This document shows, in pieces, positions 40,948 through 53,780 of a stretch of DNA of 64,000 nt. The notes below the pieces were generated by a model. The model ran no database searches. It saw only the letters and a program-made list of their open reading frames with translations, and was not told the DNA's origin. Position 1 is the stretch's first letter, and each line of letters opens with the position of its first letter. The position numbers and the translations under genes are program-made. Origin of the DNA: Octopus vulgaris (lineage: Eukaryota); the NCBI GenBank assembly GCA_951406725.2, contig OX597827.1:66960001-67024000 (forward strand), written 5' to 3'.

Positions 40948-41826
40948 TATGTGAGAGTAAAAAAAAAAAAACTAATTTCCTCTATTTGCAAACATTCTCT
41001 AGAAGGAATTTGTATTGTATTTTTTTTTTTTTTTTTTTATCGACGCGTGAATTCAAATGCATCCTTCATTTAACAAAGCCACTCGCGCAAAGTACACATC
41101 TCTAACAGAAGTAAATGATATCAAGTGGCGATGCCAAGTGTTAATTGCCTTGACTACAGATAATGTACTATAATGGTTTGGCTGTCACTCGTAAGCGACT
41201 CGGACCTGCTAGCTTACACCACGTTTTTGCTGCTTTACATGCTTATGTAGTTGTGTGCAGTCACAGAGACATACATACTCGGCATTCTCACTGCTGACTA
41301 AGCTAAAAACCGAGGATGTGACAACTGAAAGCTAAGAGAACTACGCCACTACTTGGCTGGTACGCATTAACGGCAGAGCAGACTGTGGCTACGTGAAATC
41401 AAAGGACTTAGCAGGCTATACGTTTCTGGAATCGAACCCACGACTTTAAAATTTCAAGTCCACCACTATAAACACTAGTTCACGTTCCTTCACATAGGGA
41501 CCTATGTGATGGTGTGCGCACTACCATACTCAAGGGATTTACAGGGATGGTCATGCAATTGTATTGTGTTTCTGTGTTGTCCATGTGGTTAAACTGTTCT
41601 AACGATGGATGGAGGATGTTGTTGTTGTCAGTGATGTTATTGTTGTTGGAGGTTGTGTTGAGTTGGTACAATTGTGCTGCGTTCAAATCCATCTTTGGTT
41701 AACTTTGGTTTTCAAACTTCCGGAAACGATGTATTAAAGTACCTGGAATTTTATTGTGTTATTAATATTTAGCACAAATATGACCCTGATCGAGTATTGA
41801 CGATATAATCCCCTATTTGTAAACAT

Positions 41827-42241
41827 TAGGCGTAGGAATGGCTGTGTAGTAAGTAGCCTTCTTACGAACCACATGGTTCCGGGTTCAGTCCCACTGCGTG
41901 GCACCTTGGGCAAGTGTCTTCTACTATAGCCTCGGGCCGACCAAAGCCTTGTGAGTGGATTTGGTAGACGGAAACTAAGAGAAGCCCGTCGTATATATGT
42001 ATATATATATATGTGTGTGTATGCATATGTTTGTGTGTTTGTGTTTGTCCCCCAAATATCGCTTGACAAGAGATGCTGGTGTGTTTACGTCCCTGTAATT
42101 TTGCGGTTCGGCGAAAGAGATCGAAGTACTAGGCTTCCAAAGAATAAGTCCTGGGGTCGATTTGCTCGACGAAAGGCGGTGCTCCAGCACGGCCACAGTC
42201 ACATGACTGAAACAAGTAAAAGAGTAAAGAGTAAAAGAGTA
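41827..42241 (+). mobile_element. SINE family A copy
   Basis: Homology to family A. Confidence 0.9.
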
Positions 42242-42904
42242 TTAGAGAGTGGCTTAAGAAAAACTGGGTTGTTATTTTCCGCAGGCAATATTATTTGTAA
42301 TAATATATTTTAATGATATCATTTCTAATGTCTTGTTGACCATAACGATTGGATTAAGGTCCGATACAATAAAATTCATGATTCCTCAGCAACAGTGCAA
42401 CTCGAAAGAAACAGAGCACTTTTACCGTTATCTAATGTTACTGTCTATAAATAGGTACCATATATAAATAATGTATTTCCTAGTGACTAGGGGTTGTGAC
42501 CCAAGGTAATTAGCAGTCGTAATTTGTTCAACGCAGCGGCTAGGCCCAAACTTTCTGGATGCGAAACATAATGCATGTAGGAGCCACTTCAGTACGTTAT
42601 CAATTCTCTATATATATATCCACAGTCAGTAAGTCTGCTGGCTCTCTTTAATCCAACGGCTGAGTTGTTGTGGAAACGTGAAAGTGAAAGCAACACAGAA
42701 AGGATAGAGTAGATATTGTACTCTGATACATACTGACTGAATAAAATACTGGATGGTCACAGCTGGAAATAATTTGTTCACAGGTATACTCAGTTAGAAC
42801 AGAAACCGGGGTATGCATTAATTCGGCGCTCCTCGACTCTGGTTCTCGTATAGCTTCATATTAAAGATCGCTTGCGATTTGTACCATAGAAATCTATAAA
42901 TTTA

Positions 42905-43357
42905 AAGGCGGCGAGCTGGCAGAAACGGTAGCACGCCGGGCAAAATGCTTAGCGTTATTTCGTCTGCCGTTACGATCTGAGTTCAAATTCCGCCAAGGTC
43001 GACTTAGCCTTTCATCCTCTCGGGATCGATAAATTAAGTACCAGTTACGCACTGGGGTCGATATAATCGACTTAATCCGTTTGTCTGTCCTTGTTTTTAC
43101 TCTCTGTGTGTAGCCCCTTCTGGGCAGTAAAGAAATAAGAAACGTTAGTACGCCGGGCGAAATGCTTATCTGTATTTCGTGTGCCGTTACGTTCTGATTT
43201 CAAATTCCGCCGAGGTCGACTTTGCCTTTCATCCTTTCGGGATCGATAAATTAAGTACCAGTTGCGCACTGGGGTCGATATAATCGACTTGATCCGTTTG
43301 TCTGTCCTTGTTTGTCCCGTCTATGTTTGGCCCCTTGTGGGTAATAAAGAAATAAGA
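42905..43357 (+). mobile_element. SINE family B head-to-tail dimer
   Basis: Second unit starts at agaaacgttag (~43138). Confidence 0.88.
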
Positions 43358-43946
43358 AATCCATAGCGTTAACAGAATTATTCGAGAGAAAACTTAAAGA
43401 ACAGTTAGAGAGATGCTGAGAATTTGCCCCTACGTGACTCCACGTGCAGGAACTATGTAAAACAGAGACAAACGAGTCCGAATCACATATGCCTTCTTTA
43501 AAACCGAGCAAGAATCCATTGGACAATATAAGAACTGACAGGCGGCCAATGCTGGAAATCGATCTGTCAAATATCTGATACATTAGAAGGGAACTAATAC
43601 TGAACTAAATAACTGCACGAACAGCATCTCCAACCCCCAAGGAGCTATCGAACTTGACTGTCGATTTTTATTACGGTAGAATCAATATTAAAATTGGGAT
43701 GATGGATAAATTCCTCATCATGATGGAAAAGATGTAGCCTGATAAGCAACGCAAGGAGAAAAATGTCCATAGTGTTTACATTTACGTATACATGCATTCA
43801 AATTTCAAACCTCACTGGAGTTATCTACGCTGATATATTCAATCTTCCAAGTCCCAAAATTATAAATACAGTAATACAAATAAAGTAGCTATAGCTTCGT
43901 GCCTCCATAAGAAAACGTCAGCCTTATTAAGGTCAGTCGAACAACG

Positions 43947-44165
43947 AAGGCAGCAAACTAGGCGAATGGTTAGCAGTCCGAACCGAATGATTAGCGATAT
44001 TTTGCGGGGTTTCACACTCTGAGTTCGAATGCCGCCGAGCAAAATTTTGACATTCGTTCTTTACGGGGTCGATAAAATAAGTGCCTGTTGAGCACTAGAG
44101 TCGATATAATCGAATTATCCCCCCCCCCGAAATTGCAGGCCTTGTGCCAATTGTAGAAAGGATTA
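43947..44165 (+). mobile_element. SINE family B, tail 2
   Basis: Homology; ends gtagaaaggattatt. Confidence 0.75.
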
Positions 44166-44187
44166 TTACTAATATTATTATTATTAT

Positions 44188-44471
44188 GTTTTTTTCCTTC
44201 TTTCTTCAAATTTTCTTCCGTTTCTCGCCGAGTGTTTTCCATACACCTAGGGCAGAGAAGGGCATTGTATGCATTCCCAGATTACACGCGCAAATTCACA
44301 GATAAAATATGTATTTAAAAATTAATAAATAAATAAATTCATGGATGGATGTTATTTTCACAACGATAGTACTCTTCTCAGTACATGAGCCGTTCCAGGT
44401 AATACGATTTTTTGCACTTCCTGTATGAATGGTAAGCCTGGAATCATATTCAAATAGGTTTCAGTACCTTT
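44188..44471 (-). mobile_element. 3' end of an R4/Dong-type LINE inserted in (TAA)n
   Basis: C-terminus IPGLPFIQEVQKIVLPGTAHVLRRVLSL* (cf. QKxxLLGTAxILRxVL) plus 3' UTR; (TAA)n on both sides. Confidence 0.78.
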
Positions 44472-44505
44472 TATTATTATTATTTTTATTATCACTATTA
44501 TTATT

Positions 44506-44721
44506 AAGGTGGCGAGCTGGCTGAATTGTTGGCACGCCAAGTGAAATGTTTAACGGTATTTTGCCCGTCGATACGTTCTTAGTTCAAATTCCGCCGAGAT
44601 CAACTTTGCTTTTACCCTCAGGATCGATAAATTAAGTACTAATGAAACACTGGGTTCGATGTAGTCGATTATCCCCCACCCCCAAATTTCAAGCCTTGAG
44701 CCTATAATAGAAAGGATTACA

Positions 44722-44771
<50 letters not shown>

Positions 44772-46000
44772 GGGAACAGTGTTTAGGACTGTGCGTTGGC
44801 AGAATCGTTTCAACGTCGGGTATATATTTCGTATATACAGAATGGCCGAAAAGTCACACGCTGGAGGCATAAAGGTGATGTCAATGGATGGCAATATAGA
44901 GTCAGAGAAGGCGACGAGCTGGCAGAAACGTTAGTACACCGGGCGAAATGCCTAGCGGTATTTCGTCTGCCTTTACGTTCAGAGTTCAAATTCAGTCGAG
45001 GTCGACTTTGCCTTTCATTCTTTAGGGTTCGATAAATTAAGTACCATTTACGCACTGGGATCCATGTATTCGACTTGATCCCTTTGTCTGTCCTTGTTTG
45101 TCCCCTCTGCTTAGCCCTTTGTGGGCACTAAAAAAATAAGAAACGTTAGCACGCCGGGCTAACTACTTAGCGGCATTTCATCTGTTTTTTACGTTCTGAG
45201 GTCAAATTCTGAGGTCGTCTTTGTCTTTGATCCTTTTGGAGTCGATAAATTAAGTACCAGTTGCGTATTGAGGTCGATCGAATCGCATGGCCTCCTCCCC
45301 CAAAATTTCGGGCCTTATGCCCAGAATAGAAAAAAAGTATGCAGTCAGAGCAGTGGCGAGCTGGCAGACACGTTAGCACGCCGGGCGAAATACTTGGCAG
45401 CATTTCATCTGTCTTTACACTCTGGGTTCAAATTCCGCCGAGGTCGATTTTGCCTTTCATCCTTTCGGGGTCGATAAATTAAGTTCCAGTTGCATACTGG
45501 GGAATGATCTAATCGACTGGCTCCTCCCCCAAAATTTCGGGCCCTATGCCTAGCGTGGAAAAGAATTTACAGTTAGAGGTGATTACACTTGACGCATCCT
45601 CTACTATATTTCTTCTCATCTGTTATGTTCTGAGTTCAAATATTTCTGCCGTCAACGTAATCTTTTATCCTTCAGAGGTCGATAAAACAAAACAGCGGTC
45701 GAGTACTAAGGTCGATGTTATCGATTAGCTATTACTCCTCAAGTCTGCTTGACTTCAGCCAAAATGTTTCAAATTTTGGGTGGCGAACAGTTAAAATCAT
45801 TAGCATTTCGAATAGAAAGGTAAGCGGTACTTTTTACGCCACTTTACGTTATGAGTTCAATTCCTGTCATGGTCAACTTTGCCAAATTTTTTGTGGGTTT
45901 ATAAAAGAAGTACCGGTTTATCACTGGGGTTAATGCTATCGATTTTCCCCCTCCCTTCAAATTTCACGCATGGTGCCAAAATTAAAAAGAATGCTATTAT
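44506..46000 (+). mobile_element. Cluster of at least 6 co-oriented SINE family B copies
   Basis: Repeated ggtcgactttgcctttcatcc/gataaattaagtacc blocks. Confidence 0.85.
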
Positions 46001-46237
46001 TAAAACTTCGCGAAGAACGTCGTGTTAGAAAAAACTGTTGTTAGAACTTTGGTAAAATGCTTTGAGTTATTTGTTCCAGTACTTTTCTTTCAAAGTTCAA
46101 AATCTTGCTCAGACCTGAACGTTCCTGTTATCCTTTCGCTGTCCATAAATTACAGTAACATTTAAGTATTCCGATTAAACTCACTCGAATTAAAATTGCA
46201 TGCCTTGTAATTATGTTCGAAAATATATTTGAACTAA

Positions 46238-46651
46238 TTGTGTGGTAAGTAGCTTGCTTACCAACGACATGGTTCCGGGTTCAGTCCCAAATCGTGGCAT
46301 TTGGGTAAATGCCCCGGGCCGACCAAAGCCTAGTGGGTGGATTTGGTAGACGGAAACTGAAAAGATACCTGTCGTATATATGTATATGTATATCTATATA
46401 TATATGTGTGTTTGTGTGCCTGTGTTTGTCCCCCCAACACGGCTTTACAACCGATGCTGATGTGTTTACGCCCCTGTAACTTATCGGTTCGGCAAAAGAA
46501 ATCGATAGAATAAGAACTAGGCTCACAATGAATAATTCCTGGGGTCGATTTGCTCGACTCAAGGCGGTGCTCCAACATGGCCGCAGTCAAATGACTGAAA
46601 CAAGTAAAAGAGTAAAAGAGTAAAGATTAAAGAGTAAAAGAGTAAAGAGTA
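46238..46651 (+). mobile_element. SINE family A copy
   Basis: Homology; long (gtaaaaga)n tail. Confidence 0.88.
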
Positions 46652-46689
46652 ATGGATGACAATGTATTGAGAGAAATCTTTGGAACGTG

Positions 46690-47510
46690 GGAAAATAATA
46701 CCCTGCGGATTATTTCTTATCTGTACGCTGTGAATTCAAATCAAACCAATGTCAAATTTGTTTTTCACCATTTTCTAAATGATAAAATTAAGTACCAGTC
46801 TAATACTGGAGATACTTATCGACTAAGCCCCTTTGCTATATACATAATTTTGTTACTGATATTGAAATATTAATTTCGGTAAAAAGGCGGCAAGCTGACA
46901 GATTTATTAGCACAAATTCTGTCCGTCTTGTCATTTCAAATCCCGCTGAGGATGACTTTGCTTTACGTCCTTTAGGAGTCGTTAAAATAAGCCCTAGTCG
47001 CACAATGGAGTCGATATTGCAAGCCAAAATTTGAAATTAATATTAGTTTGGGCAATAAGGCATTGAGCTGGCAGAACCGTTAGTACACCGTGCGAAATGC
47101 TTTGCGGTATTTTAAAAGGCAGCGAGCTGGCAGAGACGTTAGCACGCTGGGAGAAGTGCTTTGCGGTATTTCGCATGTCGTTACGTTCTGAGTTCAAGTT
47201 CCACCAAGGTCCACTTTGCTTTTCATCCTTTCGGGGTCGATAAATTAAGTACCAGTTACGCACTGCGGTCGATTAAATCGACTTAATCCGTTCTCTTAAT
47301 TGTTCTCTCTATGTTTAGCCCCTTGTGTGTAATAAAGAAACAGGTATTTCGTCCGTCCTTACATTCTGAGTTCACATTCTGCCGAAATCGATTTCTACCC
47401 TTTATTTTTTGGGGTCGATTAAGATAAGCCCCAGTTGAACACTGGGGTCAATATAATCGATTTACCTTTCTGCAAAATTGCTGGCCTTGTGCCAAATTGG
47501 GAAATCGATA
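46690..47510 (+). mobile_element. Nested or tandem SINE family B copies
   Basis: Homology to family B. Confidence 0.8.
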
Positions 47511-48039
47511 TTAATTCGAACAATTGAAATAGAAATATCGTAAGTTCTTATTCCATCCAAGTCACGTTTCAAATTTTCTAGTTCCTAAAATCAAGATTAG
47601 CCAACTACTAAAACTCTAATTAATTGGCCATAATTCCTACACATAAACTGAATTATTGTGCATATATCATCTTGAAATTTCCTCAGTTTCGCTTACATCA
47701 AAAGTGTGTATCCCAGCCACATCATATTTATTATCCCGAAGTCGGGAAATTTATGCAGAAGATAAGTGCGAAGTAAAAAAAGGGCGAAAATAATAGTTTC
47801 GGATAGTTTCCTTCTACAACAAGTTCCAGTTCTTGTTGCGGTATTATGGTTTGTCTGCACCAATAATATTGAGAGCTACGCCAGCGGAGCGCAGGCTTCT
47901 GGTAGGTCAAAAGGGAAAGGCTTGGTTAACGTGGTTCTACTCTTTTCAAAGTTAGAATTGGGTTTACATGAGGCCAGTACGCTTATCTAGCAAACAAAAA
48001 AAAAGGTGAATTTACAGAAGCATCGATGACAATTCAAAA

Positions 48040-48136
48040 CCAACTAGACTTGAGAGTAGACAATCCAGAGTCGAGAACAGTGGAGAAAGATGTCGATAGC
48101 TTTTGCTCCATTGGAGGCGAAGAGCTTCAGTAAGTA
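48040..48136 (+). pseudogene. Possible RTE-clade LINE 3' remnant
   Basis: QSREQWRKMSIAF/CSIGGEEL followed by taagta resembles RTE C-termini. Confidence 0.4.
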
Positions 48137-48306
48137 TTAGTTTCCTTGTATTATTGTATTTTTTACAAAGCCAATTCATGCAGGATTTAATATTCGTAGT
48201 CGCTGGTCAGTAAGATAAAAGTAATAAATTTTGTTGTCTATTAAATGGATACTACGTCTACTCTTGGTAGAAATTTCAAATAAAGTGTTGATAGATAGAT
48301 AGATAA

Positions 48307-48431
<125 letters not shown>

Positions 48432-49478
48432 GAAGATAGGTGTGTGTATCTATTCACATGTGTGGATGTAAAGAGATCCAATCATTTGTTTAGGCAATAC
48501 AATCATACATTATATTCTTCAACGTATCTTATCAACACCATTGTTGTAGTCAGGACGTCCGTGTGTTTATATATGAACATCTAATTAATTAATAGAAACG
48601 CTACACATGTAGATACATATATAGATATGTAAAGCAAACATACTAATATGCTAGTGTGTATATAGCTGTGTTTGTTTCTGTTTCGGCGTGTAGTTGTTTT
48701 GTTTTTTTTTACTTTCGTGTAGTTCACACATATTTTTAGCCTCGCTGTGAAATGTAGATACTATGGTTAAACCACGTGTTTATCTTTGTGTGGCCAGAAG
48801 ACCAGATCGATGTGACTAGTTTCAGCGACTATTACTGCTTCATCTCTGATGACACATGCTCGTAAGTTTACCTTACATCTCTATAAACATACAAATGCAC
48901 ACTTAACATACATATAAATATATATATATATTATATAATTTTGTATGCGATTAAACTTCAAGATTCTTAAGTGGTGCGGAAAAAATACAGAAAAGAAGGG
49001 ATTTAATACTCTGACATCATGCGTGACCGGATGAATGAAAGATTTATTTTGTTTTGCCTGCATTATTTTTCTTGTTTTTCTTTTTTTTTCAGTATTTTTT
49101 TTTTAATCTTTTCACTTTTTAACAGAATTCTTATACAAAGAATCTAATACTTATACGTTAAATTCTTTCTTTTCCCCCACCGTGTCGTGAAAGAGGAATA
49201 CAAATCAATCCATTTATTTAATTTAATTTAATCATTTAATGAATTCTGTGTCAGTAAGCGTTTAAGCGTGTATGTTTGTGTGTGTGTATGTTTTGATGGA
49301 TATTGGTGCGTATAAAAATATATATTTGTGCAAATATATGAGGGTTTTTATATATATATATATATGAGTATATGTATATGTATGTATGTATATTATGTAT
49401 ATTATATAAACATCTGTCTCTCTCTATATATATATACGTATGTGTGTGTGTGTGTGTGTGGCTGTGGGTGTGGGTGTG

Positions 49479-49760
49479 TAGGCGCAATGGCCCAGTGGTT
49501 AGGGCTGCGGGCTCGCGGTGTGTGTTTATTGAGCGAAAACACCTAAAGCTCTATGAGGCTCCGACAGGGGCTGGTGGCGACCCCTGTTGTACTCTTTCGC
49601 CACAACTTTCTCTCACTCTCTCTTCCTGTTTCTTGAGTAACGCTGCGATGGACTGGCGTCCCGTCCAACTGGGCGGGGGTGGGTGGAAGAACACATACGC
49701 CATAGAAACCGGGAAACCGGGCCCATGAACTTGGCTAGGCTTGAAAAGGGTTCATAAATA
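49479..49760 (+). mobile_element. SINE family C, tail c (tgcgatggactggcgtcccgtcca motif)
   Basis: Head and body shared with 20043, different tail. Confidence 0.8.
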
Positions 49761-49763
49761 GAT

Positions 49764-49816
<53 letters not shown>

Positions 49817-50149
49817 GAAATATGTTACAAAAAGAAAATATAAAATACACGTGGAAATGTAAGGTTAAAATATGAAAAATCAACGAAAATGCACATTGTA
49901 AATAAAAAAAAGAAAAGGCTTTTTATGAAAGGTAACGACAGATATATACATTTAGATAGACTGAGGTAGTAATAAAAGTCATAAAAGTCATTATTATGAG
50001 ATAATTATAAAGTCATGTTTACATGTACATACAAGGTTTCTATAAAGCCCGTGTGCAATATAAAGTTACCTTTTTTATAGATACAAACTTCTAAGTCTTT
50101 TATATTGCACACAGAGTTTATAATAACCGTGTGTGTGTATGTGTATTTA

Positions 50150-50194
<45 letters not shown>

Positions 50195-50675
50195 ATACAC
50201 ACATATTGTGTATTTTTTGTACGCGTGGATACGCACAAGTTGAATTTCAACTCCGATACAAGACCAACAAAAGTAAACGGATATGGGGAACGACAAACAG
50301 TAAACCAAAGTATATTACTGGTATTTGTTTCTTTACGTTTGTGATCGCAGGGACGCGGTGTTCATGACAACTAAAGTCAATAGTTGTCTGTTAATTAAAT
50401 ATACTACTGTATGGTATTGAATTTTAAAGCACGGCATTACTTCAGTATGCCATCGTTACGCAGAAAATTGATTAAGTAAAATAACTTGTAAGATAATTAT
50501 TTTATTACATAAATAACTATACAGCCAGCAAATGACTGCATTATTTGTTCAGTTAGAAATCATAGTAAAATCTTCCTCAAACCACGTTTGATTGTTTTTA
50601 AAGCAAAAAAAAAAAAAAAAAGAACAATAAAACAATCAGTCGCAGTGATTTATATATTACCTAATACATTATTAT

Positions 50676-50850
50676 GTGGTGGTGCATGGCTTAATGGTTA
50701 CAGGTGTTGGATTTATGATCGTGAGATCGTGGTTTCGAATCCTGAAGTGAGCGATGCTTTATGTTCTTTAGCAAAACATTTCATTTCACATTTCTCCAGT
50801 CCACCTAGCTGGCAAAGATGAATTATTCTGCGACGGAACGGCGTCCCATA
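50676..50850 (+). mobile_element. Diverged CORE-SINE (family D-like head)
   Basis: Similar to the 35758 head and CORE; ends tgcgacggaacggcgtccc. Confidence 0.65.
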
Positions 50851-50856
50851 CATGAG

Positions 50857-50906
<50 letters not shown>

Positions 50907-51098
50907 TAAGGGTATCTAAAAGATAACACCATGCTAGTGTTAACATGGTGGTACCTTTTAGAAACCCTTAATTATGATTTTATTAATAATTATTACCTAT
51001 AAGGTTTTTTTATTCCTATGCTGGACACTTGATATGATCGGTATTTTAAATAACGATCTTATCCTTATTTATATATACACACACACACACACACACAT

Positions 51099-51156
<58 letters not shown>

Positions 51157-51166
51157 CATACATACT

Positions 51167-51220
<54 letters not shown>

Positions 51221-51870
51221 TGCCACGAAAACCTGGAGAATGACCCTATTAGTCTGAATGAGTCGGGAAGGAGCTTTATAACTGGTTTTCTTTATTAATA
51301 TATTATTCAAGAATGTGGCCATGGCTGGGACGGTGCTACTCTTAAACTTGCTTTATCACGCTTGATTTGAGTTAAACATCAACAGACCATGAACATTTAC
51401 TTAGCCATCGCGAAGTTTCAAGTTGTGTCCGCTGTACCCTACATTGGCGAAGTACCTTATAATGCAGCCCCGGACTGATCAATGCCTTATGATTGAATTT
51501 AGTTGAAGGAAACTGCGTTGAATCCGCTATTTGTTATTTTGTTTACGTTCCCGTTATCTATCATTCGGCAAAAACCGACGAAGGGAATACGTCTGAAAGA
51601 CAACAGCTAGGATCGAATTGCTCGACTAAACCCTTTAGGGCGCTACCCCAATGCGGCCGCAATTTAGTAGTCGAAATATACACACACACGCCCACGCACA
51701 GACACACACAAAAACGGACACACACGCACGCACACAACGCACACACATACACATATACATATATATATGTAATTGAATAACTTAGTCAGCAGGAAGGAAT
51801 TACCAGCTATTCTGCAATTTTAAGACCGAACAAGGTCTGTACTGTACACTGCTACGTTCCTATATGTAAC

Positions 51871-51925
<55 letters not shown>

Positions 51926-51929
<4 letters not shown>

Positions 51930-51935
51930 ACTAAG

Positions 51936-51967
<32 letters not shown>

Positions 51968-52022
51968 ACTAAGCCCTAATTATATAATATATATATATAT
52001 ATAGATATATTTTACTAAGCCC

Positions 52023-52058
<36 letters not shown>

Positions 52059-52072
52059 TATATTTTACTAAG

Positions 52073-52115
<43 letters not shown>

Positions 52116-52132
52116 TATATTTTACTAAGCCC

Positions 52133-52160
<28 letters not shown>
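51926..52160. repeat. Compound minisatellite [ttttactaagccctaatta(TA)n] x5
   Basis: Visible directly. Confidence 0.9.
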
Positions 52161-52170
<10 letters not shown>

Positions 52171-53029
52171 TACATACGTGTATGTGTGTGCTGTGTGCAC
52201 TGACATACATATGCCACATACGTGTACAATCACACTCGTACACAGATGCGCAAAATTCAAACAATCGCATGCATATTCCTACATGAAGACAGATTTGAAC
52301 GTAAGTTTTTAACTGCAGCTACGGAACTCTAAAAATTATATGAATGCGTGCCAACTTTAATACTCAGTAACACACAAGAGTTCACGCGCACGCACACGCG
52401 CACACACACACAGACTGCATCTATAAGCTTGTTTGTATGTTGATATTCCGAAGAGATTTCCATATTTAGATGATGTCACCATGCATTATAGGAAAAGTAT
52501 TTCCCGTTTACTTTCTGGACATTATATGTAACATAGAACTGCTTTTCTCCCGTTGCTATATGAACTTTAAAAAAGAACACATTAACTTTTCGTTATGGGA
52601 CTTTCTCTCAAATAGAAACTGCCATTTTGTTGTTTGAGCTCAATATACTGAACCAGGCAAAATTATTTGAGTTATTTCATCCGGGTCGCGAGTTCAAATT
52701 TTCAGTTTTTCTGCGTAGTGTCTCTAGCAATCTTTCTTTATTGTTCCAGGTGTTTCTCATCCACAACACATCGCTGGCAAGAAGATAAACGTATTATTGC
52801 ATGAGCAGTAAACAGTTGCTTGCAGTTGCTTTTGTAATAGAGATAGAAACACAAAAATACTTTAACTTACACGTTTTCCCCAGAGAGAAAATTTCTCATT
52901 CCACATGTCCATAAACGGCAAATTCGACCAGCAGAGAACGTAAGAATATTTCTCATAATGATATAAGTGAAATCTTGGGTGGGAATGGTTTAAAAGTGGT
53001 TCATTAACTGTGTACAATACACTTTGCTA

Positions 53030-53182
53030 TTTCTATGTGATAAGAAGCTTGCTTTCCAGCCACGAAGTTTGGGATTCAGTCCTACTGCGTGGCACATTCG
53101 GAAAGTGTTAGCTACTACAGCTTCAAGCCGACCAAAGCCTTGTGGGTGGATTTGGTACACAGAAACTGAAAGAAGCTCGTGT

Positions 53183-53218
<36 letters not shown>

Positions 53219-53723
53219 ATATTTTATAATTATATTCAAATATATAACAAGGGGTCGGCTTCATGCCTCACTACGGACCGTAAGAAATGGAGATTCTAAG
53301 GTAGTAAAAAGGACTTTAGCGTCTATTTCTTACGGTGAGAGGTGAGGTATAAAGCCAAACCCTTGTTATAATTATGTATTTAATTATAAAATATTTTATA
53401 AAATTTACCTGTAAGGTTATTATTTCGAACTGGTTACCTGATAAAATTATTATTGATGTACATGTATGAATGTATGTATGTAAGTATGTATGTACGTATG
53501 TCTCTCTGTATGTATGTATATATACGACAGGCTTCTTTCAGTTTACATCTACCAAACCCACTCACAAGGCTTTGGTCAGCCTGCCCGAGACCATAGTAGA
53601 AAAAAAGCAAGATGACACGCAGTGGGACTGAACCCTGTTTCATTCAGATGAAATCTTCAGGATTCCTGAAGATTTCATCTGAATGAAACAGTTCTAGTCC
53701 TGTAGAAGCTCCTTCTATAAATA

Positions 53724-53780
<57 letters not shown>

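Noticed and set aside
43360-43630. Faint RTE-like C-terminal similarity
   Set aside because: Too degenerate to call by eye
51926-52160. CRISPR-like repeat-spacer periodicity
   Set aside because: Spacers are pure (TA)n, the context is eukaryotic, and there are no cas genes
52865-52975. Strong minus-strand donor (cgt|gtaagt) suggesting a UTR exon
   Set aside because: Acceptor is weak; cannot be supported without transcript data
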